Shown here: one piece after another, positions 25,739 to 33,652 of the stretch
Position numbering within the stretch: the stretch's first letter is position 1
Layout: the number at the start of each line of letters is the position of its first letter
Source of the DNA: Gemmatimonadota bacterium
Lineage (GTDB): Bacteria; JAAXHH01
Assembly (NCBI GenBank): GCA_026713285.1
Contig: JAPOOT010000370.1
Coordinates: 1 to 50,258 of the forward strand
Length of the DNA: 50,258 bases
Direction of reading: 5' to 3'
Made by a program: the position numbers and the translations under genes
The notes under the pieces: model-generated
What the model saw: only the letters and a program-made list of their open reading frames with translations
Told to the model about the DNA's origin: nothing
Databases searched by the model: none

Positions 25739-27802
25739 CTAATTGTAGGGACCACATTCGATGAGGCATAGATCGCCGGGATAGACCATGCGGCCCGGTG
25801 AAGGAATCTGGCGTCGGACGTAGCCCGTACCGACTATGGTTGCTTCAATACCCTGTTCGGCCAGGGTCCTTACGGCTTCTCTAACGCTCATGCCTGTCAC
25901 CGACGGAAGCGGCACCGGTGCCTGTTCCGCCCCGGTACCGGGACGTTCGATTTCCCAGTTGCCGCCAAGCGACAGCAAGTCTCCAGTGATCGGTCCTCCC
26001 GATGCCGTAGCTGAACCCTGCGTTCTGCTGCCCGAGGACGAACTCGGCTTGATGGAGGCCAGGTGAAGGGGCAGGCCGTCATCGGATTCGGGAACCGACT
26101 CAACGGGACCGTCCGGCAGATGGACGAGGCGACGAACGATTTTGTTGAAAACGGGCGCGGCCACGGATCCGCCATAGAAGCCGCGTTTCTTCGGCTCGTC
26201 GATCATGACGAGCACGACGATTTCCGGGTCGTTCGCCGGAAACATCCCGGCAAACGAAGACCTGTAATTCCTGGTGTATCCCCTGCCGTCCTCACGGGTC
26301 TTCCAGGCTGTGCCGGTCTTTCCCGCGACCTTGAAACCCGTCACCGCGGCCTTTGTGCCCGTACCCTGGTCCACCACTCCGGCGAATACGCCCATCAGGG
26401 CTTCGGCGGTCTCCTCTTTCATCACTCTGCGAACGACAAACCGCGGTTCGGTCTGCACGGAACCGTCGTTTCTCAGGATGGATCTGATTATCCGAGGTCG
26501 CAGGAGCAGGCCCCCGTTAGCTACGGCGCAATAGGCGGTCGCGAGTTGTACTCCGGTGACGGAAACCCCGTAGCCGATGGACATGGTGGGAAGCGTGGAC
26601 ATGGACCAAACGGCCGGTTTATGCAGGATACCTCTTGCCTCGCCCGGGAGGGCCACGCCCGTTTTCATGCCGAAACCGAATGCCCGGGTGTATTTAAAAA
26701 ACTCCATTTCACCGAGGGCCAGAGCGATTTTGACGGTACCCACGTTGCTGGACCGCTCGATGACTTCCCGTACGCTCAGTTCGTCGTAGACCTCGTGGTC
26801 CGATATCGTCTGCGCGCCCACCTCGATCCGGCCCGCACTGGTATCGATCCGGTCCTCAAGAGAGAACGCACCGGTCTCCAGGGCCGCGGTCGCTGCTACG
26901 ATCTTGAAAGTCGATCCAGGTTCGTAGATATCCACCACCGGCCTGATCTTCTGGGCTTCGAATGGAAACCGTCCCGGTGTATTCGGATCGAAGTCCGGAG
27001 AACTGGCCATGGCCAGTATGTCGCCGTTCGCCGGATCCATCATGATGACCATACCGCCGAGCGCCCCGTGCCACGCTATCGCCTCTTCCAGCGCCTCTTC
27101 CGCGGCAACCTGGGCAGCGATATCGATCGTCAGCACGACGTCCGCGCCGTTCTCCGCCGGATTCTGGTAGGCATCAATCCATGAATACGCCCGTCGCTGG
27201 GCGTCTATCTGCACCACGCTGTACCCTTCTATACCAGATAACAGCTGGTTGTGTTCCATTTCGAACCCGGCCCGACCGGTACCATCTACGCTGAAACCCA
27301 GTATCTGGCCGGCCGCGGTCCGATAGGGATAGACTCGCCTGGCTTCCTTTTGCGTACGTATGTGGGGTTCGAACAGGGGATAGGTGGAGAGGCTTCTAAT
27401 CCGTTCGCTGGTTTCGGGATTCACCCAGCGGACCAAATACCTGAAGTCGGAGGTCCCGGAAACGCGGTCGATGATATGCTGGGGATCTTCGCCGGTGATC
27501 TGGGAAAGCTGAACGGCCAGGTTTCCGATATCGGAGGGGCCGTACCGGTCCCGGTCGAGATCCTGGATACCGAAGGAGTCGAACTCGACACTCAGCGCCA
27601 GCGTGTTACGGTTGCGGTCGAAGATACGGCCCCGGCGGGGGTCGATGGTGACCACCCGGTGCTGTTGGTCATGCGCCCGCTGCCTGTAGGCCTCTCCGTC
27701 GCGAATCTGAATTAGCGCGATACGAATCCCGAGACCTGCGCACAGCACCACTCCGACTACGGCCAGGAGGGTCAGTCTGCGCATACAGGATTTCGCGACC
27801 AT
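25739..27802 (-). CDS. ftsI: Penicillin-binding protein 3 / FtsI (divisome class B transpeptidase) with a C-terminal PASTA domain
   Basis: TM anchor, STFK (EPGSTFKIV), SSN (ERSSNVG), KTGT (AGKTGTAWK). After a Ser/Gly-rich linker the last ~55 aa read PSVTGMSVREAVRTLAEQGIEATIVGTGYVRRQIPSPGRMVYPGDLCLIE, which is PASTA-like. Confidence 0.92.
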   Translation of the reverse strand: MVAKSCMRRLTLLAVVGVVLCAGLGIRIALIQIRDGEAYRQRAHDQQHRVVTIDPRRGRIFDRNRNTLALSVEFDSFGIQDLDRDRYGPSDIGNLAVQLSQITGEDPQHIIDRVSGTSDFRYLVRWVNPETSERIRSLSTYPLFEPHIRTQKEARRVYPYRTAAGQILGFSVDGTGRAGFEMEHNQLLSGIEGYSVVQIDAQRRAYSWIDAYQNPAENGADVVLTIDIAAQVAAEEALEEAIAWHGALGGMVIMMDPANGDILAMASSPDFDPNTPGRFPFEAQKIRPVVDIYEPGSTFKIVAATAALETGAFSLEDRIDTSAGRIEVGAQTISDHEVYDELSVREVIERSSNVGTVKIALALGEMEFFKYTRAFGFGMKTGVALPGEARGILHKPAVWSMSTLPTMSIGYGVSVTGVQLATAYCAVANGGLLLRPRIIRSILRNDGSVQTEPRFVVRRVMKEETAEALMGVFAGVVDQGTGTKAAVTGFKVAGKTGTAWKTREDGRGYTRNYRSSFAGMFPANDPEIVVLVMIDEPKKRGFYGGSVAAPVFNKIVRRLVHLPDGPVESVPESDDGLPLHLASIKPSSSSGSRTQGSATASGGPITGDLLSLGGNWEIERPGTGAEQAPVPLPSVTGMSVREAVRTLAEQGIEATIVGTGYVRRQIPSPGRMVYPGDLCLIECGPYN

Positions 27803-27814
27803 AACGGTATTCCC

Positions 27815-28237
27815 TCATCGGGTATCCACGCGAGCCGCAGGGTACGAGGCAAGGATCAACGCGTCATCCGCCGGCTTACCCGCAATCGCCCTTACATTGG
27901 GCTCGGTGTTGGCCAAAGCCATGGCCGTGTCTACCGCATCCATGTTCACAACCTGTCCGACTGCCGCGTGTTCCAGATCGAAACGACTCATGGCCACGGT
28001 TTCGTTCCGAAGCTGTTCCGCGAGCCGAACGATCTGCACGTGCAAATACGCGCTTTCCTTTTTCAAGGCTTCTTTCTGATTCTCCAGTTGGATGATCTCC
28101 CGCATCAGCGTCGTGGTTTCCACCTGGTGCCAGATGTAACCCATGCTCAGCGACGTTACGAGCGCGATCGTACCGATCCAGCCGATCAATTGTCCCATGT
28201 ACGAGTGGTCGCTGCGGAATCTGATAGCGGATTTCAT
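27815..28237 (-). CDS. ftsL: Cell division protein FtsL
   Basis: 140 aa with a single TM segment (IGWIGTIALVTSLSMGYIW) followed by a coiled coil (REIIQLENQKEALKKESAYLHVQIVRLAEQ). Sits between rsmH and ftsI. Confidence 0.75.
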   Translation of the reverse strand: MKSAIRFRSDHSYMGQLIGWIGTIALVTSLSMGYIWHQVETTTLMREIIQLENQKEALKKESAYLHVQIVRLAEQLRNETVAMSRFDLEHAAVGQVVNMDAVDTAMALANTEPNVRAIAGKPADDALILASYPAARVDTR

Positions 28238-28267
28238 GACGGGCTTCTCCGTTCTATATTAAAGATG

Positions 28268-29281
28268 TCAATTACAGTGTGCGTGTTGATCGTCGGGCAA
28301 ACGTTCAATCATCCGGAACCTGGCGCTTCGCGCCCGCGGGTTGTTCGCGACTTCTTCACGGGAGGCCACGACGGCCCGTTTCGTATGCAGCACGGCAACG
28401 CGCCTGTGCTGGCAGACGCACTGTGGAAAGCCGGGCGGACAAATGCAGTCCGATGCCCAGGTTTCGAATGTCCGCTTGACCAGTCGATCTTCCAGTGAAT
28501 GATAGGATATGATACCGAAACGACCCCGGTTGCTCAGGAGGGGAAGCATGGTATCCAAAACCGATTTCAATTTGTCCAGTTCCTGGTTGACGGCGATTCT
28601 TAGTGCCTGGAACACCCGGGCGCAGGACTTGACCGCCCATCTGCGGCGGACCGCGGACCTGATCGTATCAGCCAGCCTGGCGGTGGAAGTCAGCGGCGCC
28701 CTGTCGCGGGTTCTGACGATCGCGTTCGCGACGCCGCGCGCCTGCCGTTCCTCGCCGTATTCCCGTATGATCCGCTCGAGTTCATCCCGGGAACTTTCGT
28801 TGACGATATGGGCCGCGGTCAACGGCTTGCCCCGGTCCATGCGCATGTCGAGCGGACCGTCTGACTGGAATGAAAATCCGCGATCAGGCGTATCGACCTG
28901 GTAAGACGATATGCCAAGGTCCAGAATCAGTCCGTCCACCCGGGAGATGCGTTTCGCTTCCAGCACGGACGCCAACTCCGTATAATCCCGTTGCAGGATC
29001 TCCACGCGAGGAGTACTTCCCCGCGCAAGCCGCGCACCTGCTGCGCCGACCGCTTCAGCATCCCTGTCCAGCCCGATCAACCGACCGGATTCGCCAAGCC
29101 GCTCCAGAATGGCGCGCGCGTGACCGCCTCCGCCGATCGTACCGTCTACATATGTGCCGGAAGTGTTCCAGACGAGCATCTCGGCTACCTTCCCCGCAAG
29201 AACGGGAACATGATTGTACTTGTCTGCCAGACCCATGATCATTCCGTGATTTAACGGAGCCGCATGGGTGGAAAGCATCAT
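28268..29281 (-). CDS. rsmH: 16S rRNA (cytosine1402-N4)-methyltransferase RsmH (MraW)
   Basis: HVPVL, YVDGTIGGGGHA, DLGISSYQVD, ISYHSLEDRLVK. The ATG at 29279-29281 forms an ATGA overlap with the mraZ stop. Confidence 0.94.
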   Translation of the reverse strand: MMLSTHAAPLNHGMIMGLADKYNHVPVLAGKVAEMLVWNTSGTYVDGTIGGGGHARAILERLGESGRLIGLDRDAEAVGAAGARLARGSTPRVEILQRDYTELASVLEAKRISRVDGLILDLGISSYQVDTPDRGFSFQSDGPLDMRMDRGKPLTAAHIVNESSRDELERIIREYGEERQARGVANAIVRTRDRAPLTSTARLADTIRSAVRRRWAVKSCARVFQALRIAVNQELDKLKSVLDTMLPLLSNRGRFGIISYHSLEDRLVKRTFETWASDCICPPGFPQCVCQHRRVAVLHTKRAVVASREEVANNPRARSARFRMIERLPDDQHAHCN

Positions 29282-29718
29282 ACGAACAGGGACTCCGCGA
29301 TCTCTTCGTATGTATGTCCCGATTCGTTCATGACTTTCTCATACTCCCCGGGACTCCAGAGTTCAAAGTGGTCAAGCGTTCCGATGATCAGTACTTCCGT
29401 TTCAATGCCGGCGCGTTCGATCAGCTGCCTGGGAAGGGCGATACGACCCTGCTTGTCCATTGAGACTGCCACGGCCTCCGACGAGAGCATCCTGATGAAG
29501 ATCCGCGTGTTCTGCCTTGTGACAGGCAGTTCTCGCAATCGGGTGTCGATCTGTTCCCATTCGTCGATTGGATAGACGAAAAGACATCCATCGAGTCCCC
29601 GCGTGATGATCAGCGTGTCGTCCTCGTCGGTCCGGATGTGCTTGCGAAACTTCACAGGGACGTTGACCCGGCCTTTGTGGTCCACGGTGTAGGTGTATGA
29701 ACCCAGGAAGTTAACCAT
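29278..29718 (-). CDS. mraZ: Transcriptional regulator MraZ
   Basis: MVNFLGSYTYTVDHKGRVNVPVKFRK and a second half-domain MDKQGRIALPRQLIERAG (two SpoVT/AbrB-like repeats). It is the first gene of the dcw cluster. Confidence 0.94.
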   Translation of the reverse strand: MVNFLGSYTYTVDHKGRVNVPVKFRKHIRTDEDDTLIITRGLDGCLFVYPIDEWEQIDTRLRELPVTRQNTRIFIRMLSSEAVAVSMDKQGRIALPRQLIERAGIETEVLIIGTLDHFELWSPGEYEKVMNESGHTYEEIAESLFV

Positions 29719-29815
29719 TCACGATCTCCCTGTAACACAAAGGAGTAAACACCCTGTCCTGAGGTGGTTGTTTACGAATACTATACAAGTGTTTGGTATT
29801 CAGGATGTTCTGGGA

Positions 29816-29841
29816 CCCACTTTGTCCCACTTCTACCCACT
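29816..29841 (-). promoter_or_regulatory. Candidate MraZ operator: three direct AGTGGG repeats at exact 10-bp phasing
   Basis: Minus strand reads AGTGGGtaga AGTGGGacaa AGTGGGtccc (plus-strand CCCACT at 29816-21, 29826-31 and 29836-41). It starts immediately after the -10 hexamer of the promoter below, about 100 nt upstream of the mraZ ATG. Confidence 0.6.
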
Positions 29842-29870
29842 ATACTACATAGCACCCCCCATATTGTCAA
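29842..29870 (-). promoter_or_regulatory. Candidate sigma70-type dcw promoter (Pmra-like): TTGACA-N17-TAGTAT
   Basis: Minus strand reads TTGACA atatggggggtgctatg TAGTAT, with a perfect -35 and a 17-nt spacer. It lies in the lowest-GC stretch of the window, upstream of mraZ. Confidence 0.55.
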
Positions 29871-30193
29871 TAAAAAATGGACTTACATCGATTTTCTTTA
29901 CCTTTGGATAAGGGAATCTTCGTAACTCCATGTGCGCAAAAGACTATATGTGTGTTGATACACATCAGGCGTTGACACCATATACCACGAATTTTCGTCG
30001 ATTCAGGCACTATATGGCAGTGTTCACGCGCAAAGACGCCCCCGGGAGGATTCCTCCCGAACGTGAAAGCCTTTTTGTCAGCCTGTGTGGAATAAAATGC
30101 GATGGGGTCTTGCCGGATCCGGACGATTCATTTCAGGGCGCGCCGGCCTGCCGGCTGCATCCGGCCCTGTTACTCAAATGACCCGGGGAGCGT

Positions 30194-31012
30194 CTAATTG
30201 CCGTCTCGGAGTTCTCTTGATCGCCGCGTGGCGGTCTCGACCGCGCTGATCAGCATGCTGCGCAATCCACGGATTTCCAGGTCGTGTACCGCTGCGATGG
30301 TGGTGCCGCCCGGCGTAAGTACCTGGTCGCGCAACACCGCGGGATGCTTGCCGGTCTCCTGAATAAGCCGCGCGGCGCCAAGTACGGTCTGGGCCGCCAG
30401 GTCCAGGGCGACTTCTCGGGGCAGGCCCATTTTCACACCGCCGTCCGACAATGCCTCTATTACCATATATATATAGGCGGGGCCGCTCCCGCTGAGACCG
30501 GTTACCGCGTCCAGAAGATGCTCGTTCACGAAAACGACGCGCCCTACCGCCTGGAAGATACGGGCCGCAATCTGTTTATGTTCTTCGCCGGCGTACGTGC
30601 CCGGCGAAATGGCCGCAGCCCCCTCGTCCACCAGGGAGGCGATATTCGGCATCACCCGGACGACAGGATTCTCGGTGCGTGCCATTTCCGTAATCGAGGT
30701 TGTCGTCATTCCCGCCGCGATCGTAATCAGCAGCTGATCGGGACGGAGACAGTCGCGTACTTGATCCACCACGCGTTCAATGGCCTGGGGCTTGAGGCAG
30801 ATCATGACGATATCCGCTTCACGCACCGCTTTGCGGTTGTCCGTGGTCCAGCCAACATCCCAATGCTCCGCCAGGTCCTTGAGGTAATCGGACCGCAGAC
30901 CGGTAATCACGATTTGTTCCGGGGGAACGAGATTTGCTCTGCGTATGCCGCCGAGCAGGCAGGATCCCATGTTTCCAGTTCCAAGTATCATGATGCGACG
31001 ATTGTTCAGCAT
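30194..31012 (-). CDS. proC: Pyrroline-5-carboxylate reductase
   Basis: IMILGTGNMGS (NADP-binding), SPGTYA, LSGSGPAYIYMVIEALSDGGVKMGL, TPGGTTIAAV. Confidence 0.92.
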   Translation of the reverse strand: MLNNRRIMILGTGNMGSCLLGGIRRANLVPPEQIVITGLRSDYLKDLAEHWDVGWTTDNRKAVREADIVMICLKPQAIERVVDQVRDCLRPDQLLITIAAGMTTTSITEMARTENPVVRVMPNIASLVDEGAAAISPGTYAGEEHKQIAARIFQAVGRVVFVNEHLLDAVTGLSGSGPAYIYMVIEALSDGGVKMGLPREVALDLAAQTVLGAARLIQETGKHPAVLRDQVLTPGGTTIAAVHDLEIRGLRSMLISAVETATRRSRELRDGN

Positions 31013-31042
31013 GGTGCACCTTCCGGTCGGTGAAGCCGGGGA

Positions 31043-32002
31043 TCACCCGACGTGGATGGCGGACACGATACGGTCCAGGCCATTGTAATCCTTCACGATC
31101 TTCATTTTTCCGAATACACGGCGGTCCGTCATTAAACGAGACACCGCCGCGGACTGTTCCGAGCCGATTTCCAGGGCGATCATCCCGCCTTTTTTCAGGT
31201 ACGCCGGGGCCTGGTCGATGAGTTCGCGGTAGCATATCAGGCCATCTTCGCCGCCATGGAGGGCCAGCCGTGGTTCAAACGCGCGAATCTCATCCGGCAG
31301 GCTGTCCATCTCCCGCGAAGTGACATAAGGCGGGTTGGACACGATGAGGTCCAAAGCGGGGATGGATGACGCGTTCAACGGCGCCAGCAACGAACCCCGC
31401 GCGAAGGCAATCCGGCTACGGTCCCGGAGCAGGCGGCCGGCATTCCTGCGCGCGATCCCCAGGGCCTCGTCGGAGACATCGGTTGCATACCCCCGAACCG
31501 ACGGGCATTCCAGGGCGAGCGTGACCGCGAGGACCCCTGAGCCGGTGCCGACGTCCGCGAAATGGACGGGGCGGTCGGAAGGCGTTCCGCCGGTATTCCG
31601 CGCCCGGGTCCGCATGCCCGGTTTTCCAATGGGCACGCGCCGAATCCCATTCAGGAAGGGACGCACGTGGTCTACAATCCTCTCGGTCTCGGGCCGGGGG
31701 ATCAGCACGGCCGGCGATACCAGGAACTCACGGCCGTAAAACTCCGCACTACCCGTAAGATACTGGACTGGTTCTCCGCGCATTCTTCGGCTGACCAGCG
31801 CCGAAAACCGGGAAGTCTCCAGTATGTCGAGACGCCTGGCATGGTCGAGGTACAACGCGAGACGGTTTGACGCGCACACCTCCCCCAGCAGGATTTCGGA
31901 TTCGACGCGGCTGGCGGGATTCGCCCGGCCGTCCAGCTTGCGGGCTGCCCAGTCGACCGCCTGTAGCACGGTCAACGCGGCAGGGCATTCAAGTCTGTTC
32001 AT
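31043..32002 (-). CDS. prmC: Peptide chain release factor N5-glutamine methyltransferase (PrmC/HemK)
   Basis: FYGREFLVSPAVLIPRPETE, ADVGTGSGVLA, IVSNPPYV (NPPY). Lies directly downstream of prfA. Has a ~25-aa insert before the SAM-binding motif. Confidence 0.9.
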   Translation of the reverse strand: MNRLECPAALTVLQAVDWAARKLDGRANPASRVESEILLGEVCASNRLALYLDHARRLDILETSRFSALVSRRMRGEPVQYLTGSAEFYGREFLVSPAVLIPRPETERIVDHVRPFLNGIRRVPIGKPGMRTRARNTGGTPSDRPVHFADVGTGSGVLAVTLALECPSVRGYATDVSDEALGIARRNAGRLLRDRSRIAFARGSLLAPLNASSIPALDLIVSNPPYVTSREMDSLPDEIRAFEPRLALHGGEDGLICYRELIDQAPAYLKKGGMIALEIGSEQSAAVSRLMTDRRVFGKMKIVKDYNGLDRIVSAIHVG

Positions 32003-32023
32003 GGGCCATTTTCGGGAATGGCG

Positions 32024-33106
32024 TCATGACGAAGTCAACTGGGCGATCTTCTCCGCCTGTTCCGCCTCCGCCAGGGACCGGATGATCTCCTCGATGTCCC
32101 CTTCCAGTATCTGGTCAATCTTGTAAAGCGTCAAACCGATGCGGTGGTCCGTGACCCTTCCCTGCGGGAAATTGTACGTCCGTATCTTCTCGCTACGGTC
32201 TCCCGTTCTCACCTGGGACCTGCGGCTGCTCGCCTTTTCCGCTTCCCGCTCCTGCCGGGCCACGTCAAGCAGCCGGGCCCGCAGCACCTTCATGGCCTTG
32301 GCCTTGTTCTTGTGTTGCGACTTCTCATCCTGGCACGATACGACCAGGCCGGTCGGCAAATGGGTTATGCGCACTGCTGAATCGGTTGTATTGACGCTTT
32401 GGCCGCCCGGTCCGGAGGAACGGAAAACATCGAAAACGAGATCTTTCTTCTCGTCGATGTCCACGTCCACTTCGGCCGCTTCGGGAAGTATCACCACCGA
32501 TGCGGCAGAGGTATGCACCCTCCCCTGCGTTTCCGTAACGGGGACCCGCTGCACGCGATGGACGCCGCTTTCGTTCTTCAGCCTTCCGTATACCCCCTTG
32601 CCCTCGACCTGGAAAATGACCTCCTTGACGCCCCCCCTTTCAGCGCCATTGGAGTTCAGTGTTTCGGTCTTCCATCCGCGGCTGTCCGCGTACCTGCTGT
32701 ACATGCGGTACAACTCTCCGGCAAAGATGGCCGCTTCGTTGCCGCCTGTCCCGGCCCTGATTTCGCAGATGATGTTTCGCTCGTCTTCGGGATCCCTGGG
32801 AACGATCAACCGCGTAAGTTCCTGCTCGAGTTCCGCTTTATCACGATCCAGACATTCCACTTCGTCCCGGGCAAGTTCGGCCATGTCGGGGTCGGCGCCG
32901 GACTCCTGAAGCACCGAACGGGCCGATTCGAGGTCATCCAGGATTTTCCGGTACACGCGGTACCGATCGATCACCGGGGTCAGTTCGCGGTATTCCCGCC
33001 CGATTTCGCGCAGCTTCTGCGGATTGGTGGTTACGGAAGGATCCGCCAGCTGACTGTCGAGGGATTCGAAGCGTCGAACGATATTTTCGAGTTGATGGAG
33101 TAACAT
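32024..33106 (-). CDS. prfA: Peptide chain release factor 1
   Basis: RF1-type PxT tripeptide ([10 protein letters not shown]) and the GGQ motif ([11 protein letters not shown]). Start trimmed to ATG 33104-33106 ([10 protein letters not shown]...). Confidence 0.95.
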   Translation of the reverse strand: MLLHQLENIVRRFESLDSQLADPSVTTNPQKLREIGREYRELTPVIDRYRVYRKILDDLESARSVLQESGADPDMAELARDEVECLDRDKAELEQELTRLIVPRDPEDERNIICEIRAGTGGNEAAIFAGELYRMYSRYADSRGWKTETLNSNGAERGGVKEVIFQVEGKGVYGRLKNESGVHRVQRVPVTETQGRVHTSAASVVILPEAAEVDVDIDEKKDLVFDVFRSSGPGGQSVNTTDSAVRITHLPTGLVVSCQDEKSQHKNKAKAMKVLRARLLDVARQEREAEKASSRRSQVRTGDRSEKIRTYNFPQGRVTDHRIGLTLYKIDQILEGDIEEIIRSLAEAEQAEKIAQLTSS

Positions 33107-33200
33107 GGAGGCATGGCAAGGTAGGGGAGCGGCGGCATCCAATAGTCGAGAACAGCCTGGACTGTCGGGCCTGGAAGGGTCGGGCGACTTCGATCGCGGC

Positions 33201-33404
33201 TTACTCGCTGATTCCGTACTTTCGGTTGAAGCGTTCCACGCGTCCTGCGCTGTCGACCATTTTCTGCTTTCCGGTGTAGAAGGGATGGCAAGCCGAGCAG
33301 ATCTCCACGTGGATCGTATCGATCGTCGAGCGAGTCTTAAAAGTATTGCCGCAGGCGCAACTTACCGTGATTTCCTTGTACTCAGGGTGAATTCCACTCT
33401 TCAT
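33201..33404 (-). CDS. rpmE: 50S ribosomal protein L31 (Cys-containing, zinc-type form)
   Basis: [27 protein letters not shown]...[20 protein letters not shown] lies upstream of the ATG. Confidence 0.95.
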   Translation of the reverse strand: MKSGIHPEYKEITVSCACGNTFKTRSTIDTIHVEICSACHPFYTGKQKMVDSAGRVERFNRKYGISE

Positions 33405-33478
33405 CGGGCTGACTCCTTGAGGTCTTCGGCCGTGTTATAAGAATCGCCGGGCTGCTTGTTTATTTAAGCGCCCAGCCA

Positions 33479-33507
33479 AAAATAGGTGGAGTCTGGCAGA
33501 CTGTCAA
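33479..33507 (-). promoter_or_regulatory. Candidate sigma70-type promoter for rpmE-prfA-prmC-proC (TTGACA-N17-TATTTT)
   Basis: Minus strand reads TTGACA gtctgccagactccacc TATTTT, about 75 nt upstream of the rpmE ATG in the divergent rpmE/ppiD gap. Confidence 0.45.
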
Positions 33508-33548
33508 GCATCTTTTGCCTTCAGGCCCGCCCGTCCGGGACAAATGAG

Positions 33549-33577
33549 TTGCCGACGAAAAGCCGGTTCCTTATATT
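33549..33577 (+). promoter_or_regulatory. Candidate sigma70-type promoter for ppiD (TTGCCG-N17-TATATT)
   Basis: Plus strand reads TTGCCG acgaaaagccggttcct TATATT, about 76 nt upstream of the ppiD ATG. The -35 is weaker than in the minus-strand promoters. Confidence 0.35.
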
Positions 33578-33652
33578 TACGTGTCTTTTTCCATACGTCC
33601 GGAAACATGCTGGAGGAACGAACGGCACAAGTCCGCAAGGAGCGCAGGCAAT

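Noticed and set aside
29930-30181. An 83-aa plus-strand ORF in the proC-mraZ spacer.
   Set aside because: It has no Shine-Dalgarno sequence and no family resemblance. Its composition changes from AT-rich to GC-rich along its length, and it would be the only plus-strand gene in a 33-kb minus-strand run. I treat the region as non-coding and regulatory (see findings).
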